Below are positions 43,607 through 54,276 of a DNA stretch of 64,000 nt, piece by piece. The DNA comes from an uncultured Gaiellaceae bacterium (GTDB taxonomy: Bacteria > Actinomycetota > Thermoleophilia > Gaiellales > Gaiellaceae), in contig CAWGJJ010000001.1 in assembly GCA_963822885.1 (NCBI GenBank), positions 6,349 through 70,348 on the forward strand, written 5' to 3'. The notes beneath the pieces are model-generated. The model had not been told where the DNA came from, made no database searches, and saw only the letters and a program-made list of their open reading frames with translations. How positions within the stretch are numbered: position 1 is the stretch's first letter; each line of letters opens with the position of its first letter. A program made the translations under genes and the position numbers.

Positions 43607-46378
43607 ATGGCGCACCCGAACAGCTTCGGCGCACGTTCGACGCTCGACGTGGGCGGCGTGCGTCACGAGGTGTTCCGGCTCGACGCACTCCAGGCGAGCC
43701 ACGACATCCTGCGTCTGCCCTACACGCTGCGCGTCCTCCTCGAGAACGTGCTCCGCATGGAGAATGGCGTCGACGTCACGGCTGCCGATGTCGAGGCGGT
43801 CGCAGGCTGGGTCGCGACGGCCCAACCGTCGCGGGAGATCTCGTTCACGCCGGCGCGCGTCCTCTTGCAGGACTTCACCGGAGTGCCCGCCGTCGTCGAT
43901 CTCGCGGCGATGCGGAACGCCATGCACGACCTCGGCGGCGATCCGAAGAAGATCAATCCGCTCCTCCCCGTCGAGCTCGTGATCGACCACTCGGTGCAGG
44001 TGGACGAGTTCGCGAGCCGGCTCGCGATCGTGCGCAACGCCGAGCTCGAGTTCCAGCGCAACCGCGAGCGTTACGCGTTCCTGCGCTGGGGTCAGGGCGC
44101 GTTCGACAACTTCAAGGTCGTACCACCGAGCACGGGGATCGTCCATCAGGTGAATCTCGAGTTCCTCGCACGCGTCGTCGAGGAGCGCGACGGCATCGCC
44201 TTCCCCGACACGCTCGTCGGAACCGACTCGCACACGACGATGATCAACGGCCTCGGCGTGCTCGGCTGGGGCGTCGGCGGGATCGAGGCCGAGGCGGCGA
44301 TGCTCGGAGAGGCGATCTCGATGCTCGTGCCTCAGGTGGTCGGATTCCGGCTGTCGGGCTCACTGCCGGAGGGTGCGACCGCGACCGACCTCGTCCTGAC
44401 CGTGACGCAGATTCTCCGCCAGACCGGCGTCGTCGGGAAGTTCGTCGAGTACTTCGGTCACGGTCTCGCGACGCTCCCGCTCGCCGACCGTGCGACCATC
44501 GGGAACATGTCGCCGGAGTACGGCGCGACCTGCGGCTTCTTCCCGGTCGACGACGAGACGCTTCGCTACCTGCGCCTCACCGGTCGCTCGGCCGAGCGCA
44601 TCGCGCTCGTCGAGGCGTACTGCAAGGAGAACGCGCTCTGGCACGACCCGGACGAGCCTGCGACCTACTCGCAGGTCGTCGAGCTCGATCTCTCGACCGT
44701 CGAGCCGTCACTCGCCGGGCCTCGGCGCCCGCAGGACCGCGTGCCGCTGCGCGACGCGAAGCAGGCGTTCCTCGACACGCTGCCGACCTTCGGCGTCGAC
44801 TACGGCAACGCGCACGACGAGGCCGTGGCGGAGACGTTCCCCGCAAGCGATCCGCTCGCGACGGCGGCTCCCGGCTCGGAGCCCGAGACGGCCGACGCCG
44901 CCATCTCGACGGGGCCTCGAATCGTGCTGGCCGAGCGATCGGCCGTCGAGGTGAGCTACGAGGGTGAGAACTTCGAGCTCGATCACGGCGCCGTTGTGAT
45001 CGCAGCGATCACCTCCTGCACGAACACGTCGAATCCGATGGTCATGATCGCCGCCGGGTTGCTCGCGAAGAAGGCGGTCGAGCGTGGCCTCGCGCGCAAG
45101 CCGTGGGTGAAGTCGAGCCTTGCGCCGGGCTCGAAGGTCGTCACCGAGTACTACGAGAAGTCGGGTCTGACTCCGTATCTCGAGGAGCTCGGCTTCCACA
45201 CCGTCGGCTACGGCTGCACGACGTGCATCGGAAACTCCGGACCGCTGCCGGACGAGATCTCGAGCGGCGTCGCCGAAGGGGATCTCGTCGTGTGTGCAGT
45301 GCTCTCCGGCAACCGCAACTTCGAGGCGCGAATCCATCCCGAGGTCAAGGCCAACTATCTGGCGTCGCCCCCGCTCGTCGTCGCCTACGCGCTCGCGGGC
45401 CGGATGGACATCGACCTCGTGACGGAGCCCATCGGGACCGGTTCCGACGGCGAGGACGTGTTCCTGGCCGACATCTGGCCGTCGCCCGACGAGGTGCGCA
45501 ACACCGTCGCGGGGGCGATCGGCGAGGAGATGTTCCGCGCGACCTACGCGGACGTCTACACGGGCGACGACACGTGGCGCGGCCTCCCGGTCCCCGAGGG
45601 CGAGCTCTTCGCCTGGGATCCGGACTCCACCTACGTGCGCCTGCCCACGTACTTCGACGGGATGCCGCCCACGCCGGACGCCGTCGACGACATCACGGGA
45701 GCACGCTGCCTCGTCGTGATCGGCGACTCGGTGACGACGGATCACATCTCGCCTGCCGGATCGATCAAGCCGGACTCGCCGGCAGGCCGCTACCTCGTCG
45801 AGCACGGCGTCGAGCGCAAGGACTTCAACTCGTACGGGTCGCGGCGCGGCAACCACGAGGTGATGGCACGCGGGACCTTCGCGAACGTGCGGCTGCGAAA
45901 CCAACTCGTCCCGGCCTCCGAGGGAACATGGACCGTGCACGTGCCCTCGGGAGAGGAGACGACGATCTATGAAGCGGCGGAGCTGTATCGCGAGAGCAGC
46001 ACACCGCTGATCGTTCTCGCCGGCAAGGAGTACGGCTCCGGCTCCTCACGCGACTGGGCGGCGAAGGGGCCGAAGCTCCTCGGCGTACGCGCCGTCATCG
46101 CCGAGAGCTACGAGCGCATTCACCGCTCGAACCTCCTGATGATGGGCGTCCTGCCGCTCCAGTACCTCCCCGGCGAGAACCGTGATTCGCTCGGCCTGAC
46201 CGGGCGCGAGCAGTTCGCGATCACCGGCCTCGAGAACGGCGACGCACGCGAGGTGACGGTGCGGGCGGACGACAAGGAGTTTCGTGCGACCGTGCGGCTC
46301 GACACGCCGCGTGAGCGCGAATACCTGCGGCACGGCGGGATCCTCCCCTACGTGCTGCGGCGCCTGCTCGCCACCTAG
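43607..46378 (+). CDS. acnA: Aconitate hydratase A
   Basis: 923 aa starting at [17 protein letters not shown]. Motifs include [73 protein letters not shown]-like ([10 protein letters not shown]) and SSRDWAAKG. Confidence 0.92.
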   Translation: MAHPNSFGARSTLDVGGVRHEVFRLDALQASHDILRLPYTLRVLLENVLRMENGVDVTAADVEAVAGWVATAQPSREISFTPARVLLQDFTGVPAVVDLAAMRNAMHDLGGDPKKINPLLPVELVIDHSVQVDEFASRLAIVRNAELEFQRNRERYAFLRWGQGAFDNFKVVPPSTGIVHQVNLEFLARVVEERDGIAFPDTLVGTDSHTTMINGLGVLGWGVGGIEAEAAMLGEAISMLVPQVVGFRLSGSLPEGATATDLVLTVTQILRQTGVVGKFVEYFGHGLATLPLADRATIGNMSPEYGATCGFFPVDDETLRYLRLTGRSAERIALVEAYCKENALWHDPDEPATYSQVVELDLSTVEPSLAGPRRPQDRVPLRDAKQAFLDTLPTFGVDYGNAHDEAVAETFPASDPLATAAPGSEPETADAAISTGPRIVLAERSAVEVSYEGENFELDHGAVVIAAITSCTNTSNPMVMIAAGLLAKKAVERGLARKPWVKSSLAPGSKVVTEYYEKSGLTPYLEELGFHTVGYGCTTCIGNSGPLPDEISSGVAEGDLVVCAVLSGNRNFEARIHPEVKANYLASPPLVVAYALAGRMDIDLVTEPIGTGSDGEDVFLADIWPSPDEVRNTVAGAIGEEMFRATYADVYTGDDTWRGLPVPEGELFAWDPDSTYVRLPTYFDGMPPTPDAVDDITGARCLVVIGDSVTTDHISPAGSIKPDSPAGRYLVEHGVERKDFNSYGSRRGNHEVMARGTFANVRLRNQLVPASEGTWTVHVPSGEETTIYEAAELYRESSTPLIVLAGKEYGSGSSRDWAAKGPKLLGVRAVIAESYERIHRSNLLMMGVLPLQYLPGENRDSLGLTGREQFAITGLENGDAREVTVRADDKEFRATVRLDTPREREYLRHGGILPYVLRRLLAT

Positions 46379-47134
46379 GGCGAGATATAGCTCGGCCCTA
46401 CGACCCGCTTCGCGCCGACGAAGATGGCCCAACCAAGATAGTCGCGCTGGTGCCGGAGGTAGTTCCGCTTCGAGCGCTCGTGCCACGTTCGGACCTCGGG
46501 CGCGTCTGCATCGTCCGGATTGGCCGCGAGCCAGGCCTCGACGCCTGCCAGTGCAACGTCTCGTACCGATCCCAGTCGTCGCCTCCGACGCCGCGATGAC
46601 CGAGACGACGGGAAGACCCGAGGTCTCGAAGACGACGATCGTTCCTTCGAGCGTCGTCCACGGCTGGGTGCGATCCGCGTACGTCCTCCGGCAGCGGGAG
46701 CGCTCGCCAGTACGGCTCGCCGACGACGACGTGGCCGCCGGGCCGCACGGCGGGGCTAGCGCATCGACCGATATCGGCGAGGCTCCCGTAGACGAAGCTC
46801 GCTCCGAGGCAGAGCGCCGCATCGTAGACTCGGCCTCGTGCGTGACGCTCGCTCCGTCCGCGAGCTCGAACGAGACTCGATCGCCGAGCCCGGCCTTCGC
46901 AGCACGCTCGACGGCGACCGCATGGAAGTCCGGCGAGATCTCGATGCCGTGCCACGTGCAGCCGAACTCGGAGGCGAGCAGAACCGCCGGCCCGCCACGC
47001 CCTGACGCGACGTCGAGGACGCGCGAATCGGGGCCGAGCCCGAGACGCTTCCCGAGGAGGAGCAGCTTCTCCTCAGAGGTCGGGTTCTGGATCTCGTGCG
47101 TCGCCTCCGCGACCACGAAGTAGCGGGGAATCAC
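46375..47134 (-). pseudogene. Class I SAM-dependent methyltransferase with at least four frameshifts
   Basis: GTG 47134. SAM motif RVLDVASGRGGPAVLLA. Later segments (FDAALCLGASFVYG...RPGGHVVVGEPYW; TQPWTTLEGTIVVFETSGLPVV; DDWDRYETLHWQA; EAWLAANPDDADAPEVRTWHERSKRNYLRHQRDYLGWAIFVG) lie in different frames, with junctions near 46850, 46695, 46585 and 46540. The stop is at either 46398 or 46375. Confidence 0.65.
46379..46397. repeat. AT-core palindrome GGCGAGATATAGCTCGGCC between convergent stop codons (copy 2)
   Basis: The context CTAGG-GCGAGATATAGCTCGGCCCTACG compares with CTAGGCGCGAGATATATCTCGCCCCTACG at 14063..14091. About 26 of 29 positions are shared, with one gap. Confidence 0.65.
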
Positions 47135-47161
47135 GGCGCCATCATCTAGCCTCACGCGGCG

Positions 47162-48511
47162 GTGGCGCCACCCGATCGAGTCGAAGGCAGCTGGGGAATC
47201 GAGCCGGTTCCGGCGCGCCTCCAGGTTCTCGGCGGGGTCGAGACGGGGCTCCTCTGGGGGAATCTCGGCGTGTCGCTCCTGGTGGTCGTCGCCGGCGCGA
47301 TCCTCGTTCCGGCCTTGTCGCTGCCCGACGCACTCGTCGCGATCCTCGTTGGCTGCGTCATCGGAAACCTCATGCTCGCCGCAGCGGGAATGATCGGCGC
47401 CGACGCCCGCGTCCCTGGCATGGCGCTCATGCGCGCGCCGCTCGGCCAGCGCGGCTCGCTCCTTCCGACCGCGGTCAACGTCGCGCAAGGTGTCGGCTGG
47501 ACGATCTTCGAGCTGCTCGTGATCGCAACCGCGGCGGCGGCCCTCTCGGACGAGCTCTTCGGCTTCCGGGCGCAGTGGCTGTGGACGATCGTCTTCGGCG
47601 CCTGCGCGCTCGTGCTCGCGCTGCTCGGGCCGATCGGGTTCGTCCGGCGATTCATCCGCCGCTTTGCGATCTGGGCGGTGCCGCTCGCGCTCCTCTATCT
47701 CACCTGGTGGGCCCTCGACGGCGCCGATCTCGGTGCGCTGTGGGACACCGAGGGCGAGGGCGGGCTCACCGTCTGGCAGGGCGCCGACGTCGTCGTCGGG
47801 ATCACCGTCTCCTTCGTGCCGTACGCCGCGGACTACACGCGGTTCTCGAAGACGCGGCGCGGCGCCTTCGCGGGAACGGGCCTCGGGTACTTCGTGCCCG
47901 AGGTCTGGCTGCTCGCGCTCGGCGCCGTGCTCGTGCTCTCGCGCGACCTCGGCGATCCCGCTGCGCTTCCCGCCGCTGTCGTCGCGGGAGGATTCGCGGC
48001 GATCGTCGCGCTCTTCGCACTCCTCGTGACCGAGACCGACGAGGCGTTCGCGAACGCGTACTCGGCAGCCGTCTCGCTCCAGAACGCGTTTCCGCGCGTG
48101 CCCCAGGAGCTCCTGATCGTGCTCGTCACCGCGGTGGCGACTGCGGGCGCCCTGGTCGTGAACATGGGGAGCTACCAGAGCTTCCTCCTCCTCCTCGGCT
48201 CCGTCTTCGTGCCGCTCTTCGCCGTGCTGCTCGCGGACTGGCTCGCAGCCGGCGCGCACTACACGGCCGACGACGTCTTCGGATCTCCCGCCTGGCGGGC
48301 TGGGCTCATCGGCGCCTGGGTCGCCGGATTCGCCTTGTACCAGTGGCTCTTTCCAACCGGTCCCGCCTGGTGGGTCGATCTCGTCAGCGAGCTGAATCCG
48401 CCAGACTGGGGCATCGGCGCCACCGTTCCCAGCTTCGTCGTCTCGTTCGGCCTGGCGCTGACGGTCGCTCTCGTGACGCGCCGGCGTACGGCGACTACCG
48501 CCGCGACATGA
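47162..48511 (+). CDS. NCS1-family (purine-cytosine / CytX-like) permease
   Basis: GTG start and 12 predicted TM helices. The N-terminus (GIEPVPARLQVLGGVETGLLWGNLGVSLL) and MALMRAPLGQRGS...NVAQGVGWTIFE are typical of cytosine/HMP permeases. Confidence 0.7.
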   Translation: MAPPDRVEGSWGIEPVPARLQVLGGVETGLLWGNLGVSLLVVVAGAILVPALSLPDALVAILVGCVIGNLMLAAAGMIGADARVPGMALMRAPLGQRGSLLPTAVNVAQGVGWTIFELLVIATAAAALSDELFGFRAQWLWTIVFGACALVLALLGPIGFVRRFIRRFAIWAVPLALLYLTWWALDGADLGALWDTEGEGGLTVWQGADVVVGITVSFVPYAADYTRFSKTRRGAFAGTGLGYFVPEVWLLALGAVLVLSRDLGDPAALPAAVVAGGFAAIVALFALLVTETDEAFANAYSAAVSLQNAFPRVPQELLIVLVTAVATAGALVVNMGSYQSFLLLLGSVFVPLFAVLLADWLAAGAHYTADDVFGSPAWRAGLIGAWVAGFALYQWLFPTGPAWWVDLVSELNPPDWGIGATVPSFVVSFGLALTVALVTRRRTATTAAT

Positions 48512-49311
48512 CCGAGATCGCCTCGCTCGGCCACATCACCCGCGACGTCGTCGCCGGCTCGGACCCGCGCCCGGGCGGAGGAGTCTTCTGGTCGACCCGC
48601 GCGCTCGCGCGCCTCGGCGCCGACGCGACGGCGCACGCGTCGTGCAGCGCGGAGCACCGGGCGGCACTCGTTCCCCCGCTCGAGTCCTTCGGCCTACCGG
48701 TCACGTGGTACGAGTCGTCCACGACGACCGAGTACAGCTTCCACTACGAGGGCGAAGTCCGGATCATGCGGCAGGACGCCGTCGGCGATCCGTGGAAGCC
48801 CGAACCGGCGGTCGCGGCCGCCGGCGAGGCGACCTGGATCAACGTCTGCGCGCTCACGCGTACCGACTTCCCGCCGGAGACACTGGCGGCGCTCGCAGAA
48901 GGTGGCCGTCGGCTCCTCGTCGACCTGCAGGGGCTGGTTCGCACGGCAACGATCGGACCGCTCGACACGGACGCGCACATCGGCGACGTGCTCCAACACG
49001 TCGAGGTGCTGAAGCTCAACGACGAGGAGGCGGAGACGCTGGTCGGCAGTGCCGACCCCGAGAAGCTCCACTCCCTCGGCGTACCGGAGGTGATCCTGAC
49101 CCTCGGCTCGAAGGGCGCCTGGGTCGTGACGCGAGGACTCGTCGAGCACGTTCCGGCGGCACCTGTCGAAGGCACCGTCGACCCGACTGGTGCGGGTGAC
49201 TCGTTCTCCGTCGCGTATGTGCACGCGCGTACACGAGGCGCCGATCCGGTCGAGGCGGCGGCGTCCGCCAGCGCATTCGTCGCGGAGCTGGTTGCCGCGG
49301 GGACGTCCTAG
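48508..49311 (+). CDS. PfkB-family carbohydrate/pyrimidine kinase
   Basis: ATGA overlap with the permease. It has LKLNDEEAE and the DPTGAGDSF anion-hole motif. Confidence 0.75.
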   Translation: MTEIASLGHITRDVVAGSDPRPGGGVFWSTRALARLGADATAHASCSAEHRAALVPPLESFGLPVTWYESSTTTEYSFHYEGEVRIMRQDAVGDPWKPEPAVAAAGEATWINVCALTRTDFPPETLAALAEGGRRLLVDLQGLVRTATIGPLDTDAHIGDVLQHVEVLKLNDEEAETLVGSADPEKLHSLGVPEVILTLGSKGAWVVTRGLVEHVPAAPVEGTVDPTGAGDSFSVAYVHARTRGADPVEAAASASAFVAELVAAGTS

Positions 49312-50819
49312 GGACGCGGCGCCGCCCAGTCGGCCGACACGTCCGAGCCGCCCTCTTCCGTGATGCGGCTACCGAATCGGGCGAACGCCGGATGCGAGAC
49401 GATCTTGCCCGCGACGAGAGCGTCGCCGAGGCCGAAGTCGGTGGCCGCGCCAACGAGCGCCGGCGGCACGAACGAGAATCGCTCACCGACGTGAGCGAGG
49501 TCGGACCGGGAGTTCATCCGCATGAGGACGAGGTTGTCGCATTGCGACACGACCTGCTCGTGGACCTTCTGCGGGCGCTGCGTCGAGACGAGCAGGTACA
49601 GGCCGTACTTGCGCCCTTCGGCGGCTATGCGCACGGCGTGCTCCGTCGCGATCGCCGTGATCGGGATCGTCCGGGTCGCTCGGACAGACGTTGTGAGCCT
49701 CGTCGATCACGATCAACGTCGGCTCGCGATCCGCGCGGTGGCGCCAGAGGGTCGCGAGCACCGCCTCGGCGACGACCGCCTTCTCTTCGAGCGTCGTCAA
49801 CGATCCGAGATCCACGACGAGACATCGGGCGTCGCGCGTCGCGACCTGGTCGACGATGGATCCGCTCTCGCCACGCGCCCAGACTCCCCAGCGATCCACA
49901 CCAAGGTTCCGTAGCCGCTGTCCGAGCGCGCGCGCCTCGTCCCCGCCGTCCGCGAGGAACTGGTCGAGCGAGGCGGCGGCGCCGGTCTTGCTCCAGCGGT
50001 CGAGCAACTCCACGAGCTCCGAGTACTCGCCGCGATCCGCAATCGGATCGAGGCGGAGAAGCGCCGCCTGGGTGCGCGGATCGAGATCCGCGAATCGCAG
50101 CTGGAGCCTCCCCTCCTCGGTATCCGCGCTCCGGACGACGACGCCGGCGTTCGTCGCATGACGCTCGGACACGGCGTCCGAGACGTCGTCTCGCGTACGT
50201 CCCAGTGCCACGAAGTCGGAGTTCGGATCGAGGATCACGACCCGGAGATGTCGTCTCGAGCAGGAGCTGCTCGAGGATCACGCCGAGCGAGTACGTCTTG
50301 CCCGAGCCGGACTGCCCGCAGAGGAACGTATGGCGATCGAAACCGCCTGCGTCGAGCGACAGGCGCACACCGGCAGCGAGCCGCAGCTCACCGATCTCGA
50401 GCGGTGCGCGAGCGAGGTCGAACGCGCTCGAGCCAGACCTGCACCTCCTCCGGCGTCGCCGGCACGCATGAGCCCGTCGTGGAACGAAGCTCGTCGCCGT
50501 CGAGGATCACGCCGGATCCCCGCACTGCTCGAATGCGGACGCTCGCGGCGACGGACGTACCGGTGTCGTCGAGCGCGGAGCTCGCGAGCTCGGGACCGTC
50601 GACCTCGACGAGCTCGAGCTCGAGGATCTGCCCGAGCCGTGCAGAGCCGTCGACGTCGATCGTCACGTAGCCGCCCGTACGAAGAGTCAGTCCATGGGCT
50701 GACGCCTGGCAGACGAAGTGGCGGCCGTCGACGGACGTCGCGAGCGGAAGCACCGCCTCCTCCATCCGCCGGCGAACGTCGCGGTACTGCTGGAGGATCG
50801 AGTCGGAAGACTCGTTCAT
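49308..50819 (-). pseudogene. HerA/FtsK-like (DUF87) P-loop ATPase with three +1 frameshifts
   Basis: N-terminal HAS-barrel-like part (ORF 50388..50819), Walker A (FLCGQSGSGKTYSLG), Walker B (LIVIDEAHNV) and LLVSTQRPQKV. Junctions are near 50422, 50250 and 49662. ATGA overlap with the upstream PhzF-like gene. Confidence 0.75.
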
Positions 50820-51710
50820 GCCGCACCTCCCTTGGCGCCGAGCCGGAACTCGCCGCGGGCGACAATGACGGCGCGGCCGCCGCAGAAGACTTGCGTGATC
50901 GCGCCGTCACCACCGTCGGCGCGCGCGAAGAGCGTCGACGGTCGCCCGATCTCGACGCCCTGCGAGATCTCGATCCACTCGCCCCACTCGACGAGCCCGT
51001 GCCGGCAGAGGTGACAGGCGATCGGCCCCGCGGCCGACCCGGTCGCTGCGTCCTCGCCCCGTGAGCCAGAACATGCGGCTCTTCCACGACGCACCGGAGC
51101 CCGCGATGCAGTTGACGCCCGTGACCCCGAACCGCGCGATGGCGGAGATCTCCGGCGAGAGCGCGGCAACCGCCTCGTCGCTGGCGAGAGTCGACGACGA
51201 TGTGCGTCGCACCGTTGTCGTAGCAGCTCGATCGGGAGCTCCGACTCGTCGACTCCGAGCACGGAGAGCAGGGCCTCCTGGTCGTCGACTGTGCTGATCG
51301 TCGGAATCGGCTGCTCCATGCGCCCGAACACGAGTGCAGCCCGACTCGTCGCGCTCGATCTCGACCGGGGTGATCCCCATGCCGGTCTCGAGCTCGATGA
51401 CGGCACGCTGCAGCGGCTGTGCGAGCACCCAGGCGGAGCCGAGGACCGGATGACCTGCGAAGCGCATCTCCTCGGACGGGTTGAAGATCCGCACTCGCGC
51501 GGTACCGCCCTGCTCGGCCGGCAGCAGGAAGGTCGTCTCGGAGAAGTTCATCTCCTTCGCGAGCGCCTGCATGAGATCCGCGTCGATCTCGCGTGCGTCC
51601 GTGAACACCGCGAGCTGGTTGCCGGCGAGCGCGGTGTCGGTGAAGACGTCGACGATGACGTAGCGAAGCGTCGGCACGCCGGCAGGGTACTCAGGGCCCG
51701 CATCGCGCAT
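50816..51710 (-). pseudogene. PhzF-family isomerase-like protein with four +1 frameshifts
   Basis: YVIVDVFTDTALAGNQLAVF, ETTFL, RIFNPSEEMRFAGHPVLGSA, then YDNGATHIVV, GVNCIAG, SRMF and EDAATGSAAGPIACHL in successive frames. Junctions are near 51337, 51224, 51188 and 51065. The start codon is uncertain. Confidence 0.7.
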
Positions 51711-51723
51711 ATCGTCTCCGGCC

Positions 51724-52584
51724 GTGCCTCCGGCCATCGTCGTCTCCGATCTGCGCAAGTCCTACGGGGACGTCGAGGCGCTCCGCGGCGTCAGCTTCGA
51801 GGTCGCGGAAGGAGAGGTCTTCGGGCTCCTCGGACCGAATGGCGCCGGCAAGACGACGACGGTTGAGATCCTCGAGGGCTACCGTGCTCGGGACGGAGGC
51901 GAAGCCGTGGTGCTGGGGCACGATCCCGGTGCAGCACCGACGACTCTCCGCGAGCGAACCGGCGTGGTGCTCCAGCAGTCCGAGCTGAGCCCGCTCCTCA
52001 CGGTTCGTGAGACCCACACGATGTTCGCGGGCTACTACGCCAATCCGCGCGACGTCGACGAGGTGGTGGAGCTGGTCGGGCTGGCCGAGAAGCGCGACGC
52101 ACGGGTGAAGACGCTCTCGGGCGGCCAGAAGCGGCGTCTCGACCTCGGCGTCGCTCTCGTCGGGAACCCCGATCTCGTTTTCCTCGACGAGCCGACGACG
52201 GGCTTCGACCCCGCCGCCCGACGGGCCGCCTGGGACCTGATCCGCGCACTCCGCGCCCTCGGCACGACGATCCTCCTGACGACGCACTACCTGGACGAGG
52301 CGCAGCAGCTCGCCGATCGCGTGGCGGTGCTCCGAGGGGGCGAGATCGTGCGCATGGGAACTCCCGCCGAGCTCATCGGCGACTCGGGAGTGACCGAGAT
52401 CCGCTTCCAGCGTGACGGCGAGCTCGTCCGCGTGGCGACGACCGACCCGACGCGCGCGCTCAACGACCTGACGACGAAAGCCCTTGCGGAAGGACGACCG
52501 CTCGACCAGCTCGAGGTCCACCGCCCGACGCTCGAGGACGTCTACCTCGAGCTCGTCGGCGACGACGTTGGGAACGGCGAGTGA
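51724..52584 (+). CDS. ABC transporter ATP-binding protein (ABC-2/DrrA type)
   Basis: Walker A (GPNGAGKTTT), signature (LSGGQKRRL), Walker B (LVFLDEPTTG) and an H-loop (LLTTHY). Confidence 0.88.
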   Translation: MPPAIVVSDLRKSYGDVEALRGVSFEVAEGEVFGLLGPNGAGKTTTVEILEGYRARDGGEAVVLGHDPGAAPTTLRERTGVVLQQSELSPLLTVRETHTMFAGYYANPRDVDEVVELVGLAEKRDARVKTLSGGQKRRLDLGVALVGNPDLVFLDEPTTGFDPAARRAAWDLIRALRALGTTILLTTHYLDEAQQLADRVAVLRGGEIVRMGTPAELIGDSGVTEIRFQRDGELVRVATTDPTRALNDLTTKALAEGRPLDQLEVHRPTLEDVYLELVGDDVGNGE

Positions 52585-53327
52585 CGACCCTGCTCCATCA
52601 GCTCCGCTTCGAGCAGAGGATCTTCTGGCGCAGCCGGGAGGCTGCGGTCTTCATCTTCATCTTCCCGCTGCTCCTCTACGCACTGCTCGGATCGGTCTAC
52701 GGCGACGAGATCGACGGCATACCCGCCGTCGACCTGCTCCTCGTGGGCCTGTTCGGCTACGGTGCCGCGACCACGGCATTCGGCGGGCTCGCGATCATGC
52801 TCGTCGTGCGGCGCGAGGCCGGCGTCCTCAAGCGCCTCCGCGCAACGCCGCTGTCGCCACCCGTCTACCTGCTCGCGGTGTTGCTCTCGACGCTGACCAC
52901 GTTCGCGCTGCAGTCGGTGGCGCTGCTCGCGCTCGGAGGGCTTGGCTTCGGCGCGAGCATGCCGGCGAACTGGCTCGGATTCGTCGGCGCGATCGTGCTC
53001 GGCGTCGTCTCGTTCGCCGGGCTCGGCTTCGGAGCCGCGGCCGTGATCCGCTCGGCCGAGGGCGTCTCGGCCGTCGTCAACGTCGTGATCCTGCCGATGG
53101 CCTTCCTGTCCGGCTCGTTCGGTCCGACGAGCGACTTCCCGGCGGTGCTGCAGGCGATCGCAGACGTACTGCCGCTCACCTACTTCATCGACATCGTCAA
53201 CGGTGTCTACCTCGACGGCGATTCGCTCTTCGCCGATCCGACCGCCCTGGCGATCGTGCTCGCGTGGGGAGCAGCCGGGCTCGTCGTCGCGCTACGCCGC
53301 TTCGGCTGGATGCCGAGAGAGCGTTAG
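52581..53327 (+). CDS. ABC-2 type transporter permease
   Basis: GTGA overlap with the ATPase. It is a six-TM membrane protein with a typical ABC-2 layout. Confidence 0.75.
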   Translation: MTTLLHQLRFEQRIFWRSREAAVFIFIFPLLLYALLGSVYGDEIDGIPAVDLLLVGLFGYGAATTAFGGLAIMLVVRREAGVLKRLRATPLSPPVYLLAVLLSTLTTFALQSVALLALGGLGFGASMPANWLGFVGAIVLGVVSFAGLGFGAAAVIRSAEGVSAVVNVVILPMAFLSGSFGPTSDFPAVLQAIADVLPLTYFIDIVNGVYLDGDSLFADPTALAIVLAWGAAGLVVALRRFGWMPRER

Positions 53328-53992
53328 CGGTTGTTGAGCAGCGTCAGGAAGTAGAGGAGCTGCGCGACGGCTGCCAGGGCGCCGGCGACATACGTCCACG
53401 CGGCGGCGTTCAAGGTGGCCCCGACGCCGCCGGACTCGTTCGACGCGACGAGCCCGAGATCGTGCAGCTGCGCCTTCGCGCGCTTCGATGCGTCGAACTC
53501 GACCGGAAGCGTCACGAACTGGAAGAGCACCGCGACGCCGTAGAGGATGACCGCGAGAAGGATGAAGCCTGTGATCTGGAGGAAGATCCCGCCGAGGAGG
53601 AACAGCATCCAGATGTTGGATGCGAACTGCACGGCAGGGAAGAGCGCGCTGCGGAACTTGAAGAACGCGTATGACTTCGCGTGCTGGATCGCGTGACCGA
53701 CCTCATGCGCGCCGACAGCGGTCGAGGCGATGGAGGCCTCGTGGAACACGTGCGGCGAGAGGTGCACCGAGCGGCTGCGCGGGTCGTAGTGGTCGGAGAG
53801 CGTTCCTGGCGTCTCCTCGACCGGCACCTCGTTGAGGCCGTTCGCGTCGAGGATGCGCCGGGCGACCTGGGCACCCGTCATCCCGTTCGCAACGGGAACC
53901 TGCAGGTTCTTCGCAAAGGTCGACTTCACCCGGTGCTGGGCCCAAAAGCCGAGCACCATCGGGATGATGAAGAAGATGAGGAAACCGCTCAC
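53324..53992 (-). CDS. YugP-like membrane zinc metallopeptidase (Zn_peptidase_2)
   Basis: FWAQHRVKSTFAKN..., TGAQVARRILDANGL, DHYDPRSRSVHLS and the HEVGHAIQH zinc motif. Confidence 0.8.
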   Translation of the reverse strand: MSGFLIFFIIPMVLGFWAQHRVKSTFAKNLQVPVANGMTGAQVARRILDANGLNEVPVEETPGTLSDHYDPRSRSVHLSPHVFHEASIASTAVGAHEVGHAIQHAKSYAFFKFRSALFPAVQFASNIWMLFLLGGIFLQITGFILLAVILYGVAVLFQFVTLPVEFDASKRAKAQLHDLGLVASNESGGVGATLNAAAWTYVAGALAAVAQLLYFLTLLNNR

Positions 53993-54204
53993 GGGGAGGA
54001 TGGTAACGGCCGGGGTCTAGCCCGACGCAAGAGCACGCGAGCGAGTACGCGCGTTCTTAACTCGCGCGCGGCGCTACGCGGTGAGTCGCATCACGAGCGC
54101 GGCAATCACGATCGACGCGATCCCGATCACGATGGCGGCGGTGAACCAGTTGTTCCTCACGCGCCAGCGAGTCTAATCGGCACCGGCGTTACGCTTGTGC
54201 GCGC

Positions 54205-54276
54205 GCCCCCGTAGCTCAGTGGATAGAGCAGTGGTTTCCTAAACCACGTGCGCATGTTCGATTCATGCCGGGGGCA
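54205..54276 (+). tRNA. tRNA-Arg (anticodon CCT)
   Basis: Cloverleaf by eye. Acceptor stem GCCCCCG/CGGGGGC, D-arm GCTC-AGTGGATA-GAGC, anticodon arm GTGGT-TTCCTAA-ACCAC, 4-nt variable loop, T-arm GCATG-TTCGATT-CATGC, discriminator A. No CCA is encoded. Confidence 0.9.

Noticed and set aside
54074-54160. 28-codon hydrophobic ORF (VRNNWFTAAIVIGIASIVIAALVMRLTA) between the YugP-like gene and tRNA-Arg.
   Set aside because: It has a GTG start with no recognisable Shine-Dalgarno sequence and no other support. It is possible but not reportable as a gene.
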